Origin: an uncultured Methylomirabilota bacterium
GTDB lineage: Bacteria > Methylomirabilota > Methylomirabilia > Methylomirabilales > 2-02-FULL-66-22
DNA: 64,000 bases
Direction of reading: 5' to 3'
NCBI GenBank assembly: GCA_963705305.1
Contig: OY970067.1
Location: 704,001 to 768,000 of the forward strand
Positions 19,437-30,022 of this stretch are shown here, one piece after another (position 1 is the stretch's first letter; every line of letters starts with the position of its first letter). The notes under the pieces were generated by a model. That model did not search any database. It was not told where the DNA came from and saw nothing but the letters and a program-made list of their open reading frames with translations. The translations under genes and the position numbers were made by a program.

Positions 19437-20219
19437 ATGGGACCCAGCAGCTCCCGGGTCTACCAGTCCCTCGAGCGCGGTCTCCGGATCATCGAGGCCA
19501 CCGCCGCCATCAGCGACTCGGCAACGCTCTCCGAGATCGCGCGCAAGACAGCGCTGCCCCGTAGCACGGCCCACCACATCCTCCGCGCGCTGGTGGAATT
19601 CGGTTACCTCGCGCAGGACGATGGCGCACACTCCTACCGGCTCGGCCCCAAGCTCTTTCGGCTGACCAGAAGCCGCTGGACCGCGCAGCAACTCGCCGAG
19701 ATCTCCATGCCGCTGCTGGACACGCTGAGCCAGCGGACCGGCGAGGGCACAAGCTTGGCGGTTCTGCGGGACGGGGTGGTGACGATCGTCGCCAAGCGCG
19801 AGTCCGAAGGTCCCGTCCGTGTCGTGCAGGAGGTCGGGGCCCATCGGCCGATCTACTGCACGGCGGTAGGGAAGGCCCTGGCCGCGTGGCTGCCCGACTC
19901 CGAGCTCGACCGCATCATCGGCCGCACCGCGTTCGAGCCCCTGACGGCCCGCACCATCACCACGCCGTCCGCCCTGCGGCGACAGTTGGCCCGCATCCGG
20001 GCCACCGGGTTCGCCGTCGACAACGAGGAGCACATCGACGGGATTCGCTGTATTGCCACTTCCGTCCGGGACCATTCCGGAGCGGTGTGCGCCTCGCTCT
20101 GCGTCGTAGGCCCAGCCAGCCGCCTGCCCCAGCGGCGCCTCGCGGAGATCCGAAAGCCGCTGGCTGCCGTGGCCGCCGGCCTCTCGGCTCGCCTCGGGTA
20201 TGAATCGGCGGAGGACTGA
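19437..20219 (+). CDS. IclR family transcriptional regulator (divergent)
   Basis: QSLERGLRII, RSTAHHIL, YCTAVGKAL, DNEEHIDGIRC; start uncertain. Confidence 0.9.
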   Translation: MGPSSSRVYQSLERGLRIIEATAAISDSATLSEIARKTALPRSTAHHILRALVEFGYLAQDDGAHSYRLGPKLFRLTRSRWTAQQLAEISMPLLDTLSQRTGEGTSLAVLRDGVVTIVAKRESEGPVRVVQEVGAHRPIYCTAVGKALAAWLPDSELDRIIGRTAFEPLTARTITTPSALRRQLARIRATGFAVDNEEHIDGIRCIATSVRDHSGAVCASLCVVGPASRLPQRRLAEIRKPLAAVAAGLSARLGYESAED

Positions 20220-20300
20220 ACCGGCGGATGGGGCAAGACGCAGGGGCCTCAATACCAGGATCGGGAGATGGTCGGACAACATAGCACAAGGAGGGGAACG

Positions 20301-21638
20301 ATGGCTAGCGCACGATCTTCGAAAGGGCGCGTCGGCACGGTGGTCCTGGCGTGCTTCCTCGGAGCCGCCGCGACATGTCTTCTCTGCCCCACGGCTCCCG
20401 CTCACGCCCAGGCCAAGCCGTTTCGGATCGGCGTGATCTACGACTACTCTGGACCCTTCGCCGCGGGCGGCTCGGTCGCCGCGGCCAAGGGGACGGAGAT
20501 TGCCGTCGCGATGGTCAACGAGAAAGGGGGCATCCTGGGCACCCACAAGGTTGAGGCCATCACCGCCGACGCCCAGTCCAAGGCCGACATCGCGATCAAT
20601 GAGGCCGAACGGCTGATCGACGCCGAAAAGGTGGATGCCCTGGTGGGCATCTACGCCAGCTCTGAGGCCGTGCCGCTGGTGGGGAGGGTGGACCAGCAAA
20701 AGAAGATCTTCTGGCTGGGGGTTCCCAGCGCCGCGACGGTCATCAAAGATCGGAACCTGCACTATGTGTTCCGCTGCCTGCCCTACTCGGATCTGATCGG
20801 CGGCCTGTCCCCCAAATTCCTGGCGGAGAATTCCAAGGCGAAGCTCGGCATCGAGCCGAAAGATCTGAAGGTGGCGATCATTTACGAGGACGGTCCGTAC
20901 GGCACCGCCATGGCGACGGCCAACGAGCAGGGCGTCAAGGAGTTCGGCTTGAAGCTCGTCCTCAAGGAGGGGTATTCGGCGACGGCCCCGGACCTCTCGG
21001 CCCTGGTGAGCAAGCTCCGCCAGGCGAAGCCCGACGTCATCCTGCACACCGGGTACAACCCCGACATCACCCTGTTCCTGCGCCAGGCCCGGGAGCAGGG
21101 GCTGCGCTTCAAGGCCCTGATCGGCCAGGGCGCCGGCTACTCCCAGATCGACAAGCTGTACGACACCTTCAAGGGCGACGTTGACTATCTCTTTAACGCC
21201 GATGCGCCCTCGGTCCAGTGGATGGCCCTCCAGAAGCTCGCCCCGGGCGTGGGCGATCTTGCGAAGGAGTTCATGAAGCGGTACGAGCAGCAGACCGGGA
21301 TCTCGCAAGTCTCGCCGCAGGCCACCTCCGGGTTCAACTTCACCTGGGTTTTCCTCACCCAGGTGGTGCCGCACGCGCTGCAAAAGTACGGCGACTGGAG
21401 CTCGGAGTCGCTGCGCAAGGCCGCGCTGGATCTCGACATCCCGGACGGCGGCACGATCTCCGGCTTCGGGGTGAAGTTCCAGGGACCCGGCAATCCCTGG
21501 TCGGGGCAGAACCTGCGGGCCTTCGCGGTGATGGTGCAGTATAAGGACGGCAAAGCGACGCTGGTCTACCCGACCCACATCAGCGCGGTGGCGCCCGTGC
21601 TGCCGCTGCCGGCCAGCTCGCCGTACGCGGCCCGGTGA
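20301..21638 (+). CDS. Liv-family ABC substrate-binding protein
   Basis: Signal peptide; RIGVIYDYSGPFAAGG; heads a liv-type operon. Confidence 0.88.
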   Translation: MASARSSKGRVGTVVLACFLGAAATCLLCPTAPAHAQAKPFRIGVIYDYSGPFAAGGSVAAAKGTEIAVAMVNEKGGILGTHKVEAITADAQSKADIAINEAERLIDAEKVDALVGIYASSEAVPLVGRVDQQKKIFWLGVPSAATVIKDRNLHYVFRCLPYSDLIGGLSPKFLAENSKAKLGIEPKDLKVAIIYEDGPYGTAMATANEQGVKEFGLKLVLKEGYSATAPDLSALVSKLRQAKPDVILHTGYNPDITLFLRQAREQGLRFKALIGQGAGYSQIDKLYDTFKGDVDYLFNADAPSVQWMALQKLAPGVGDLAKEFMKRYEQQTGISQVSPQATSGFNFTWVFLTQVVPHALQKYGDWSSESLRKAALDLDIPDGGTISGFGVKFQGPGNPWSGQNLRAFAVMVQYKDGKATLVYPTHISAVAPVLPLPASSPYAAR

Positions 21639-22387
21639 GGTCGATGCTCGAGGTCCGGGATCTCAGCAAGAGCTTCAACGGATTCCTCGCCGTGAACCGG
21701 GTATCTTTCCAGGTCGACCGCGGCGAGATCCTTGGGCTCATCGGGCCCAACGGCTCGGGCAAGAGCACCATCTTCAATGTCATCTCCGGCATGTACAAGC
21801 CGACCGGCGGCTCCATCCGATTCCAGAGAGTGGAGATCGGCGGCCAGCCGGCACACCAGGTGTGCCGGCTGGGAATCGGGCGCACCTTCCAGATCCCGCG
21901 CCCCTTCCCAAAACTCACCATCCTGGAAAATGTGACGGCGGCGGCCTTCTTCGGGCCCGCCGAGCGGCCCACCGCGAGCGCCGCGCACGAGCGCGCGCTC
22001 GCGGCCCTCGGCCTCGTGGGCCTGCCGATCGATCCGCGCGCCCCCATCGACCGGCTGGGGGCTTCCGGGCTGAAGAAGCTCGAGTTGGCGAAAGCCCTGG
22101 CGACCCGCCCAACGCTGCTGCTCGCGGATGAGTCGCTGGGGGGGCTGGATGCCGCCGAGATGGATCAGGCGGCGGACCTGCTGGCGCGGATCCGAAAAGA
22201 GATGGGCATCACCATCATCTGGGTGGAACACATCATGGGGGTGTTGATGCGGGTAGTGGATCGAGTGGTGGTCCTCGACTACGGCGAGAAGATCTTCGAG
22301 GGCTCGCCGACGGCGTGCGCGGCCGACGCGCGCGTGGCCGAAATCTACCTGGGGCGGCGGGACGCCCGCGCGGTGCCTCGTGCTTGA
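21635..22387 (+). CDS. livG: ABC ATPase (LivG-like)
   Basis: GPNGSGKS, GRTFQ, LLADE. Confidence 0.9.
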   Translation: MRSMLEVRDLSKSFNGFLAVNRVSFQVDRGEILGLIGPNGSGKSTIFNVISGMYKPTGGSIRFQRVEIGGQPAHQVCRLGIGRTFQIPRPFPKLTILENVTAAAFFGPAERPTASAAHERALAALGLVGLPIDPRAPIDRLGASGLKKLELAKALATRPTLLLADESLGGLDAAEMDQAADLLARIRKEMGITIIWVEHIMGVLMRVVDRVVVLDYGEKIFEGSPTACAADARVAEIYLGRRDARAVPRA

Positions 22388-23084
22388 GCTGGAGGATGTC
22401 TCGGCCGGTTACGGCGCCTTCCAGGCGCTGTTCGATATCCGCATGTCGGTGCAGGCCGGCGAGGCCGTGGCGGTCATCGGACCGAACGGCGCCGGGAAGA
22501 GCACGCTCATGCGGGTGATCTCCGGTATGCTCCGGCCCCGTTCCGGCTCCATCGTCTTCGACAGCCAGCGCATCGGCGGCATGCGCGCCTACCAGGTCGT
22601 CGCCACCGGCATCGCCCACGTGCCGGAGAACCGCCGGCTGTTCCCCCGGCTCACCGTCGAGGAAAACCTCAGGATCGGCGCCTTCCTGCCGGCCGCTCGT
22701 CTGCACCTGTCCGAGCGCTTGGCCCGGATGTACGAGCTGTTCCCGCGGCTCAAGGAGCGACGCAACCAGCTCGCCGGGACCATGTCGGGAGGCGAGCAGC
22801 AGATGTGTGCCATCGCCCGCGCCCTGATGTCCGGCCCGAAGCTCCTGCTCATGGACGAGCCGTCGGCGGGCTTGGCGCCCGTCGTGGTGGGCCAGGTGTT
22901 CGACCTGGTGCAGCGCATTCGCGCGGAGGGCTTCACGGTGCTGATCGTCGAGCAGAATGTCCAGGGCGTGCTGGACGTGGTCGACCGTGCCTATCTTCTG
23001 GAAGTCGGCACGATCAGGCTGACGAGCACGCCGGCTGCGCTGCGCGAGCATCCCTTCGTGCGCCAGGCCTACCTCGGGATGTGA
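22380..23084 (+). CDS. livF: ABC ATPase (LivF-like)
   Basis: GPNGAGKS, MSGGEQQM, MDEPSAGLAP. Confidence 0.9.
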   Translation: MLELEDVSAGYGAFQALFDIRMSVQAGEAVAVIGPNGAGKSTLMRVISGMLRPRSGSIVFDSQRIGGMRAYQVVATGIAHVPENRRLFPRLTVEENLRIGAFLPAARLHLSERLARMYELFPRLKERRNQLAGTMSGGEQQMCAIARALMSGPKLLLMDEPSAGLAPVVVGQVFDLVQRIRAEGFTVLIVEQNVQGVLDVVDRAYLLEVGTIRLTSTPAALREHPFVRQAYLGM

Positions 23085-23092
23085 GACGCGCC

Positions 23093-23947
23093 ATGTGGCT
23101 TTTCCTCATCGAGGCGATGGTGAACGGCCTGCTGCTGGGCGGCGTGTTTGCACTCCTGGCGCTGGGGCTGAACCTCATCTTCGGCGTCATTGATGTCGTC
23201 TGGATCGCGTACACCGAGCTGATGATGGCCGGGATGTACGCCATGTTCTGGCTCTACACCTGGTACCACTGGCCCTTCCTGGGTGCGGCGGCGGCGGCGA
23301 TAGCGATGGTGGCGGTCATGGGCGTGCTCACCCACTTCCTCATCATCGCCCCGATTCTGGACGGGCCTCCGATCAACCAGCTGCTCGCCACGGGCGGGCT
23401 GCTGTTCTTCCTACAGAGCATTGCCACGCTCCTGTTCAGCACCGAGTTCCGGAACCTCGGCGTCCGCCTGCCCACGCTGGAGGTGGCGGGTATGTTCATC
23501 AGCATGGCCCGTCTGCTGGCGTTCGGGGTCTCGCTGATCGGCGCCGGCTGCCTGTACCTGTTCCTGACCCGGACCTACTGGGGCGTGGCGATCCGCGCCA
23601 TCGCGCAGGACCGCGAGATCGTCGGGCTCATGGGGATCGACCAGCGGAAGGTCTACGGCATCACCTCGGCGATCGGCGGCGCGTTCGCCGGCCTGGCCGG
23701 CTGCCTCTTGGTTCTGCAGTACGACGTGCATCCGTTCATCGGCCTGTCGTTCGGCCCGATCCTCTTTATCATCTGCGTGCTCGGCGGGCTGGGCAACATG
23801 CTGGGCGGCCTGGCGGCCGCGTTCATCATCTCCGAGATCATCGCGGTGAGCGGGGTCTATGTCTCCATCGACCTCTCCTACGTCCTGGCGTTCGTAATCT
23901 TCATCGGCCTCATGTTCTGGCGACCCCGGGGGATCTTTACGCAATGA
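23093..23947 (+). CDS. livH: ABC permease (LivH-like)
   Basis: GLNLIFGVIDVV, LGGLGN, WRPRG. Confidence 0.88.
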   Translation: MWLFLIEAMVNGLLLGGVFALLALGLNLIFGVIDVVWIAYTELMMAGMYAMFWLYTWYHWPFLGAAAAAIAMVAVMGVLTHFLIIAPILDGPPINQLLATGGLLFFLQSIATLLFSTEFRNLGVRLPTLEVAGMFISMARLLAFGVSLIGAGCLYLFLTRTYWGVAIRAIAQDREIVGLMGIDQRKVYGITSAIGGAFAGLAGCLLVLQYDVHPFIGLSFGPILFIICVLGGLGNMLGGLAAAFIISEIIAVSGVYVSIDLSYVLAFVIFIGLMFWRPRGIFTQ

Positions 23948-24942
23948 GCAAACGTTTGCTCGGTTGCCTCGCGATGGCCGCGGCCCTGGCTGCCATCCCC
24001 TTCCTCGGGATGCCCGTGTACCTGCTGCACATCGCCGTCCAGATCCTCCTCTGGGGCATGGTGTACACGGCCTGGGCCCTGATGGGGCGCTTCGGCATGA
24101 TGTCCCTCGGCCACGGCGCCTTCCTCGGGATCGGGGCCTATGTGCCGGCGCTCCTCTGGAACTACTACGGGGTCACGCCGTGGATCGGTATCCTCTTCGG
24201 GATGGGGCTGACGGTGTTGGTGGCGGTGGCCATCGGCTTCCCGTGCTTCCGCTTGCGCGTCGTCGGCCACTACTTCGCCCTGGTGACGCTGGCCCTGTCG
24301 GAGGTGACGGCGCGCGGCATCGTCGCGGCACGCGACATCACTGGCGGCTCCCTCGGCCTGACCCCTAACCCCGCATCTGGGCCCTTGTTCTTGGCCCTGC
24401 AGTTCCCGGACAAGCGCCAGTTCTTCCTCGTCGCCCTGGTGTCCTGGCTGATCGGGCTGTGGGTGTGGCACAAGGTCAACGGCGCGATGCTGCGGTTGTC
24501 CCTGACGTTGAGCGTCGAGCAGGACGCGGCGGCGGCGGTCGGCATCAACGTCACGGCCGAAAAGCTCAAGGTCCTGACGGTCTCGGCGGCGCTCACCTCT
24601 CTCGGCGGATCGCTGCTGGCGCAGTACCTCATGTACCTCAACCCCGATACGCTCTCCGGCGTGATGGTGTCGCTGCAAATGCTGTACGCGGCGGTCGTCG
24701 GCGGCATGTACACGGCCCTCGGGCCGACGGTCGGCGCTGCGCTGACCATCATCCTCACGGAGTTCCTGCGCATCCTGTTTGGCACCCGGTTCATCGGCGC
24801 AGCGAACACGATTTACGGGACCCTGCTGATCGTTTTCACGATCTTCATGCCGGTCGGAATCTGGGGTTTCGTCGAGCGCGTTTGGGCGCGGCGACAGGCC
24901 CCGGCCCCGAGCGGCCGCTTGCGCGGCCCGCGGACGAGGTGA
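23944..24942 (+). CDS. livM: ABC permease (LivM-like)
   Basis: SLGHGAFLGIG, GHYFALVTLA, VVGGMYTALGP. Confidence 0.88.
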   Translation: MSKRLLGCLAMAAALAAIPFLGMPVYLLHIAVQILLWGMVYTAWALMGRFGMMSLGHGAFLGIGAYVPALLWNYYGVTPWIGILFGMGLTVLVAVAIGFPCFRLRVVGHYFALVTLALSEVTARGIVAARDITGGSLGLTPNPASGPLFLALQFPDKRQFFLVALVSWLIGLWVWHKVNGAMLRLSLTLSVEQDAAAAVGINVTAEKLKVLTVSAALTSLGGSLLAQYLMYLNPDTLSGVMVSLQMLYAAVVGGMYTALGPTVGAALTIILTEFLRILFGTRFIGAANTIYGTLLIVFTIFMPVGIWGFVERVWARRQAPAPSGRLRGPRTR

Positions 24943-25410
24943 GGCCTCGACTTCGGGACAGCTGTCCGGTAAGGGCCGGATGCCTTTGGAGCCGGCGAAC
25001 CAGAGCGTGCGTAGGGGGGCGGAGCCGGCGCGACCCGGCCCTGTGCTTGGCGAGTATGGCGGCCGATGACGATTTGCGGCCGCAGCGTGTTCGTCTGTGC
25101 GCCATGGAGGGCTCCGGAGCAGAAGGGGAAGGTATCCCCTTTCCCGGTAACCCCCCTGCCAGTGAGGTCTGCTGTGGTCTTGCACCGCATCCTCGCGGGT
25201 ACCGATCACGGTCATACCCCTTTGTCGGCGGCCCGCACGTCGCGCGCGCCGCCCGCCCATCGCGTGTCTAGAGCGCCAGCTATCCCGGGAGATTCCCGTG
25301 TCTTGATCTTGGCTGGGCCTGACCCCCGGAGATGATCGTGGGGGCGAATCTGTCATCTGCCGGATGATGCCTCAGTGGGCCCGAGGCGCCACGGCAGGGA
25401 GGGGAGATCC

Positions 25411-26559
25411 ATGACGACTTCACGCTTCAGAGCCTGGCTATCACTTCCAATGGCGGTCCTTCTGCTGGCGGCTGTCGCGGCACCTGCCGCGGCAGACGAG
25501 ATCCGCTTTGGCGCCGGCCTGAACATCACCGGCCCCACCGCGTCGCAGGGCGCGCTCTTCCGCAAGGCCATCCTGCTGGCGGAGAAGCAGATCAATGCGG
25601 CCGGGGGGATCAACGGCAAGATGGTGAAGATGCATATCGAGGACAACCAATCCACCAACCCTGGCGCGCTGGCGGCGCTCGCCCGAAACATCGAGCAGGA
25701 CAAGGTGCTGGTGGAGGTCGGCCCGGTCCTCAGCACCCAGGTCCAGGCCATCTCCGACACGGATCAGCAAGCCGGGGTCCCCATGGCCACCGGGGGAACC
25801 GCGGTCAAGAACACCCATATGGGGAATCCCTGGCTGTTCCGCATGCGACCCGACGACTCCGTGGCGGCCAGCGTCATGGTCCAGTACATCAAGAATGACA
25901 TGCACCTGACCAAGGTGGGCATCCTGCACGACTCCGACGCCTTCGGGACGGGCGGCGCAAATCTCGTGGAGCAGTATTCCAAGGAATCGGGGCTGACGAT
26001 GGTCAAGCGGGTCAGCTACACCGCCGACAGCAAGGACTACACCGCCCAACTGCTCGCCCTGAAGAGCGCGGGCGCCGAGGTCATGGTGGTGTATGCCACC
26101 CGCCCGGAAAACGTGGCCCTCATCCAGCGGCAGTACCACGATCTGGGCGCCCCTTACCAGTACCTGGGCTCTCCCTCCAGCGCCGAGGTGGATGCCCTGG
26201 CGCTCTCGCGCGAGGCGGCGACCGGGATCCATGCCGTGGTGGATTTTGTCCTCGGGACGACCGAGGTCTCCCAGAAGTACGTGGATGCCTACCGGAAGGA
26301 GTACAATTCGGAGCCCGATGCCTTGTCCGCTTGGAATTACGATGCCGTCATCTTCTTCGCCGACATCATCCGCAAGGTCGGGGAGGACCGCAGCCAGATC
26401 ATCAAGGCCATCCTCGACACGCACGGCTGGCAGGGGGTGTGCGGCACGTACGATTTCACCCCGAACGGAGACGGGCTCCACTCGAACAGCGTGGTCGAGG
26501 TCATGCCGGGCGGCAAGATCAAGCTGCTCAAGGTGGTCACAGTCAAGCCACAGCCCTGA
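25411..26559 (+). CDS. Orphan Liv-family ABC substrate-binding protein
   Basis: Signal peptide; INAAGGING, WLFRMRPDD, DFTPNGD. Confidence 0.88.
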   Translation: MTTSRFRAWLSLPMAVLLLAAVAAPAAADEIRFGAGLNITGPTASQGALFRKAILLAEKQINAAGGINGKMVKMHIEDNQSTNPGALAALARNIEQDKVLVEVGPVLSTQVQAISDTDQQAGVPMATGGTAVKNTHMGNPWLFRMRPDDSVAASVMVQYIKNDMHLTKVGILHDSDAFGTGGANLVEQYSKESGLTMVKRVSYTADSKDYTAQLLALKSAGAEVMVVYATRPENVALIQRQYHDLGAPYQYLGSPSSAEVDALALSREAATGIHAVVDFVLGTTEVSQKYVDAYRKEYNSEPDALSAWNYDAVIFFADIIRKVGEDRSQIIKAILDTHGWQGVCGTYDFTPNGDGLHSNSVVEVMPGGKIKLLKVVTVKPQP

Positions 26560-26911
26560 GCAGGCAGGTCTCCGGCGGCAGGCTGGGCGAGGCTGGCCCC
26601 GAGGATCATCCGGGCCAGCCCAGGCGTGAAGACGCAATGCTTGATGCAGAGGTGGCTGTCCTATTGCGAGAGGCAAGGTGTGCCGGGACCACGGTGGCGG
26701 TAGACTGGGCGGCGGTGGGCATCGCTCGCAAGAGCTCTCAGGTCGCCTTTTTGTCGGGGAAGTGCGTGGCGGGCCGAGGCCTCCTAGCCTGAGTATCCGC
26801 GGTCAGGAGATTTTCCCTGTCAGCCTCTCCATGCCCGGGGCAGTGTTCGCGGTGTCCGGTGCGCAGATACGCGGACCGGCTTTTCTCCATCACCCCAATA
26901 GGAGGTACGCC

Positions 26912-28192
26912 ATGACACGCGGCAGTCGAAGGTGGGCAGCAACCTCACTGATTATCGGGATCGCCGTCCTTTTCATTGCCAGCCCGGCGGCGGCCCAAGT
27001 GAAGATCCGATTCCAGAGCTGGCACTGGGGAGAGACGCCCACGGTGCACGTTTTTGAAAACTTCCAGCAGGAGTTCAACAAGGCCAATCCCGGCATCGAG
27101 GTCGTCCGCGACGAGAGCCGGTACGCCGACAAGGAAACCGTCTACACGGCGCAGTCCCAGGCCAAGGCTGCGGCCGACCTCGCGCAGTTTACCCAGCGGC
27201 CCATCCCGTTCTTCGCGGAGCGCGGCTATCTTCTGGCCCTCGATCCGTTCATCGCAAAGGAGGGCGGCCAAAAGTTCCTGGCGCAGTTCGATCAGGCCGC
27301 GCTCGAGGTGTGCAAGTACAAGGGAAAGATCTACTGCATTCCCGAGTACGTGAACCCCATGGCGCTGCTCTACAACACCGCCCACTTCAAGGCGGTGGGG
27401 CTCGACCCGACCAAGCCGCCGGCCACCTGGGACCAGTTCATCGCGGATGCGACGAAGTTGACGACGGGCTCCCGGTACGGCGTGGGCCTCATCGGCGCCC
27501 GCCAGGAAGGACTATTCCTCCGCTTCAACCCGCTCTTCTGGGGGGCGGGCGCAGAGTACCTCACCCCGGACGAGAAGCACTCCGCGCTCGACACGCCGGA
27601 GGCGCTGGAGGGCTTCAAATTCTACGTCGAGCTGTTCACGAAGCACAAGGTGGTCCCGCCGGGGGTGGTCGAGCAGGGAGCGCAGGAGGTCCGGACGCAA
27701 ATGGCGTTCGAGAAGGTCTCCATGGTCATCGCGGTCCCGCAGTCCTGGCGGATCATCAATGCGCTCAACCCGAACCTGAAAGCCCATGAGGTGCTGAGTG
27801 CTGCGCCGGTTCCGGTCGGCAAGAAGAAGGTGACAGCGGTCGAGTACGGCGTGTTCGTCATCAGCGCCTTCACCAAGAACCCCGAGGCTGCCTGGAAGGT
27901 TTACAAGGCCTGGTACAGCCACGACGTGCAGTTGATGGACTACAAGATCGCCGGCGTCCTGCCGGCCCGCCTCGACGTCAAGAACGGGCCGGAGATGCGA
28001 AACGACAAGTTCGCGAAGGTCTACACCGCGCAGACCCCGTTCGTGAAGCTGGACCCGCGCATCCCGGAGTGGCCGAAGATCGGGGACGCCGTCATCACGG
28101 CGGTCCAGGAGGCCTTCACGGGTGTGAAGACACCCGAGCAAGCCTTGCATGACGCGCACCTCGCGGCCAACCGGGCTCTGAGCGGCCAGTAG
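26912..28192 (+). CDS. Sugar ABC transporter substrate-binding protein
   Basis: AGGAGG RBS; signal peptide; LLYNTAHF..PPATWDQF. Confidence 0.88.
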   Translation: MTRGSRRWAATSLIIGIAVLFIASPAAAQVKIRFQSWHWGETPTVHVFENFQQEFNKANPGIEVVRDESRYADKETVYTAQSQAKAAADLAQFTQRPIPFFAERGYLLALDPFIAKEGGQKFLAQFDQAALEVCKYKGKIYCIPEYVNPMALLYNTAHFKAVGLDPTKPPATWDQFIADATKLTTGSRYGVGLIGARQEGLFLRFNPLFWGAGAEYLTPDEKHSALDTPEALEGFKFYVELFTKHKVVPPGVVEQGAQEVRTQMAFEKVSMVIAVPQSWRIINALNPNLKAHEVLSAAPVPVGKKKVTAVEYGVFVISAFTKNPEAAWKVYKAWYSHDVQLMDYKIAGVLPARLDVKNGPEMRNDKFAKVYTAQTPFVKLDPRIPEWPKIGDAVITAVQEAFTGVKTPEQALHDAHLAANRALSGQ

Positions 28193-28273
28193 TCGCGGAT
28201 TCCCTGTTGACTTGGCGCGAGCCAGGGAGAATAATCCCCTCCCTGGCTCGTCGTCCGCTTGGGGGAGTTGGGA

Positions 28274-29149
28274 ATGCGTGCAGGCCGCGCCTGGCATGAT
28301 CGCCATCTCGGATACCTCTTCGTTCTTCCCGCCACGCTCCTGCTGGCAGCGGTCCTGATTTTCCCCGCCTTCATCACGCTGAAGGCGAGCGTCACGCCCG
28401 ACGGGGGCAGCGGCTGGCACTTCACGCTGGTCCAGTACCAGAAGGCATCGCACGATCCGGTACTGCTGCAGACGTTCAAGAACACCTTCGCCTTCGTCTT
28501 CTGGAGCCTGGCCGGCCATTTCCTGCTGGGGCTCAGCCTTGCGCTCGCGCTGAACCAGGCGCTCCCCGGCCAGACGTTCTTCCGGCTGATCACCCTCATC
28601 CCCTGGACGATCCCCGATGTGGTCGCAGGCATCATCTTCCGGTGGGTATTGAACCCCATCAACGGCAGCCTGAATCCTTTGCTCCACTCCCTGATTCCGG
28701 GCTTCCCGGCCGACTTCCAATGGCTCTCCAATCCAACTTTGGCCTTTCCCTCTGTGATCTTGGCCAATGTCTGGCGTGGCTATCCTCTGGTGATGGTGAT
28801 GCTGTTGGCCGGCCTGATGGCCATTCCGCGAGAGCTGTACGAGGCCGCCGCCGTGGACGGAGCCGGGCGCGTCAAGCGCTTCTTTCACGTCACGCTTCCC
28901 GGCCTCCGCACCATCATCGTCATCGCGCTGGCCCTGGACATGGTATGGGAATTTCGCCGCTTTGCGCTGGTCGTGGCCATGACGGGCGGCGGCCCGGGGA
29001 CGCTGACCGAGGTTCTGTCTACGTTGGTGTACAAGACCTACTTCCAGTTCTTCAACTTCGAATACGCGTCGGCCATGGCGATCCTGATGAGTGCGGTGCT
29101 CTTCGTTCTGAGCCTGCCCTACATCATCCTCGTGGGGAGGGAGCGGTGA
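28274..29149 (+). CDS. Carbohydrate ABC permease (MalF-like)
   Basis: EAA loop ELYEAAAVDGA; MTGGGP. Confidence 0.9.
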   Translation: MRAGRAWHDRHLGYLFVLPATLLLAAVLIFPAFITLKASVTPDGGSGWHFTLVQYQKASHDPVLLQTFKNTFAFVFWSLAGHFLLGLSLALALNQALPGQTFFRLITLIPWTIPDVVAGIIFRWVLNPINGSLNPLLHSLIPGFPADFQWLSNPTLAFPSVILANVWRGYPLVMVMLLAGLMAIPRELYEAAAVDGAGRVKRFFHVTLPGLRTIIVIALALDMVWEFRRFALVVAMTGGGPGTLTEVLSTLVYKTYFQFFNFEYASAMAILMSAVLFVLSLPYIILVGRER

Positions 29150-30003
29150 AGAGCTTCATGGCGGCCTCGGAGCGGCAGGAGCGGCGGATCGAAGGGGTCG
29201 TGTCGTACAGCCTCCTCGCCCTGTCCACGCTCTTCGCACTTCTCCCCATCGCCTGGATGCTTTCCACCTCCTTCAAGAGCGAGGGCGAGGCCCTGAGCCT
29301 GCCGGTCCACTGGATCCCGCAGCATCCCACAGTACAGGCGTACCTCGAGATGTGGACCCTCAAGCCCTTCGGGACCTATTTCTGGAACAGCATAGTGGTC
29401 TCGGGCGTCACCGCCCTCGTGTCGACGGTCGTGGGCGCTCTGGCCGGCTACGGCTTCTCCCGGTTTCGATTTCGCGGCCGGAGCAGCCTTCTCGCCTTCT
29501 TCCTTGCAACCCAGATGATCTCCGGCATCCTGGTGATCGGCCCCTACTTCCAGATCCTCGCCGCGGTGGAGCTGTATAACACGCTCACCGGGTTGGTCAT
29601 CGCCTATGTGACGATTTGCCTGCCCTTCGCCGCCTGGATGTCCAAGGGCTACTTCGACTCGATCCCCAGGGAGCTGGACGAGGCGGGCCTGGTGGACGGA
29701 GCCTCGCGCCTGCAGATCTTCCTACGGATCATCTGCCCCATTGCCGTTCCCGGCACCGTGTCCACGTTGCTCTTCGCCTTCCTCCTGGCCTGGCAGGACC
29801 TTCTCTGGGCGCTGTGCCTCATTTCCATCGACGAGAAGCGCACCGTGACTCTGGGGGTGGCCTTCCTTGTCGGCGAGTTCATCATCAAGTGGCCCATGCT
29901 GACGGCCGCCTCCCTGATCGGAAGCCTTCCCACCATCATTCTGTACCTCTTCTTGCAGCGGTATTACGTGGAAGGCTTGGCTCGCGGCGCCGTCAAGGGG
30001 TAA
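29146..30003 (+). CDS. Carbohydrate ABC permease (MalG-like)
   Basis: ELDEAGLVDGAS; LQRYYVEGLARGAVKG. Confidence 0.9.
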   Translation: MKSFMAASERQERRIEGVVSYSLLALSTLFALLPIAWMLSTSFKSEGEALSLPVHWIPQHPTVQAYLEMWTLKPFGTYFWNSIVVSGVTALVSTVVGALAGYGFSRFRFRGRSSLLAFFLATQMISGILVIGPYFQILAAVELYNTLTGLVIAYVTICLPFAAWMSKGYFDSIPRELDEAGLVDGASRLQIFLRIICPIAVPGTVSTLLFAFLLAWQDLLWALCLISIDEKRTVTLGVAFLVGEFIIKWPMLTAASLIGSLPTIILYLFLQRYYVEGLARGAVKG

Positions 30004-30022
30004 GGCGGTCGAGGAGTACGGC

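Noticed and set aside
24943..25410. Long leader before the orphan binding protein; possible riboswitch
   Set aside because: Only generic GC hairpins; no conserved riboswitch motif recognised. An Rfam/Infernal scan would settle it
26560..26911. Possible gene remnant (MLDAEVAVLLREAR...) in the intergenic region
   Set aside because: Could not be assigned to any family by eye
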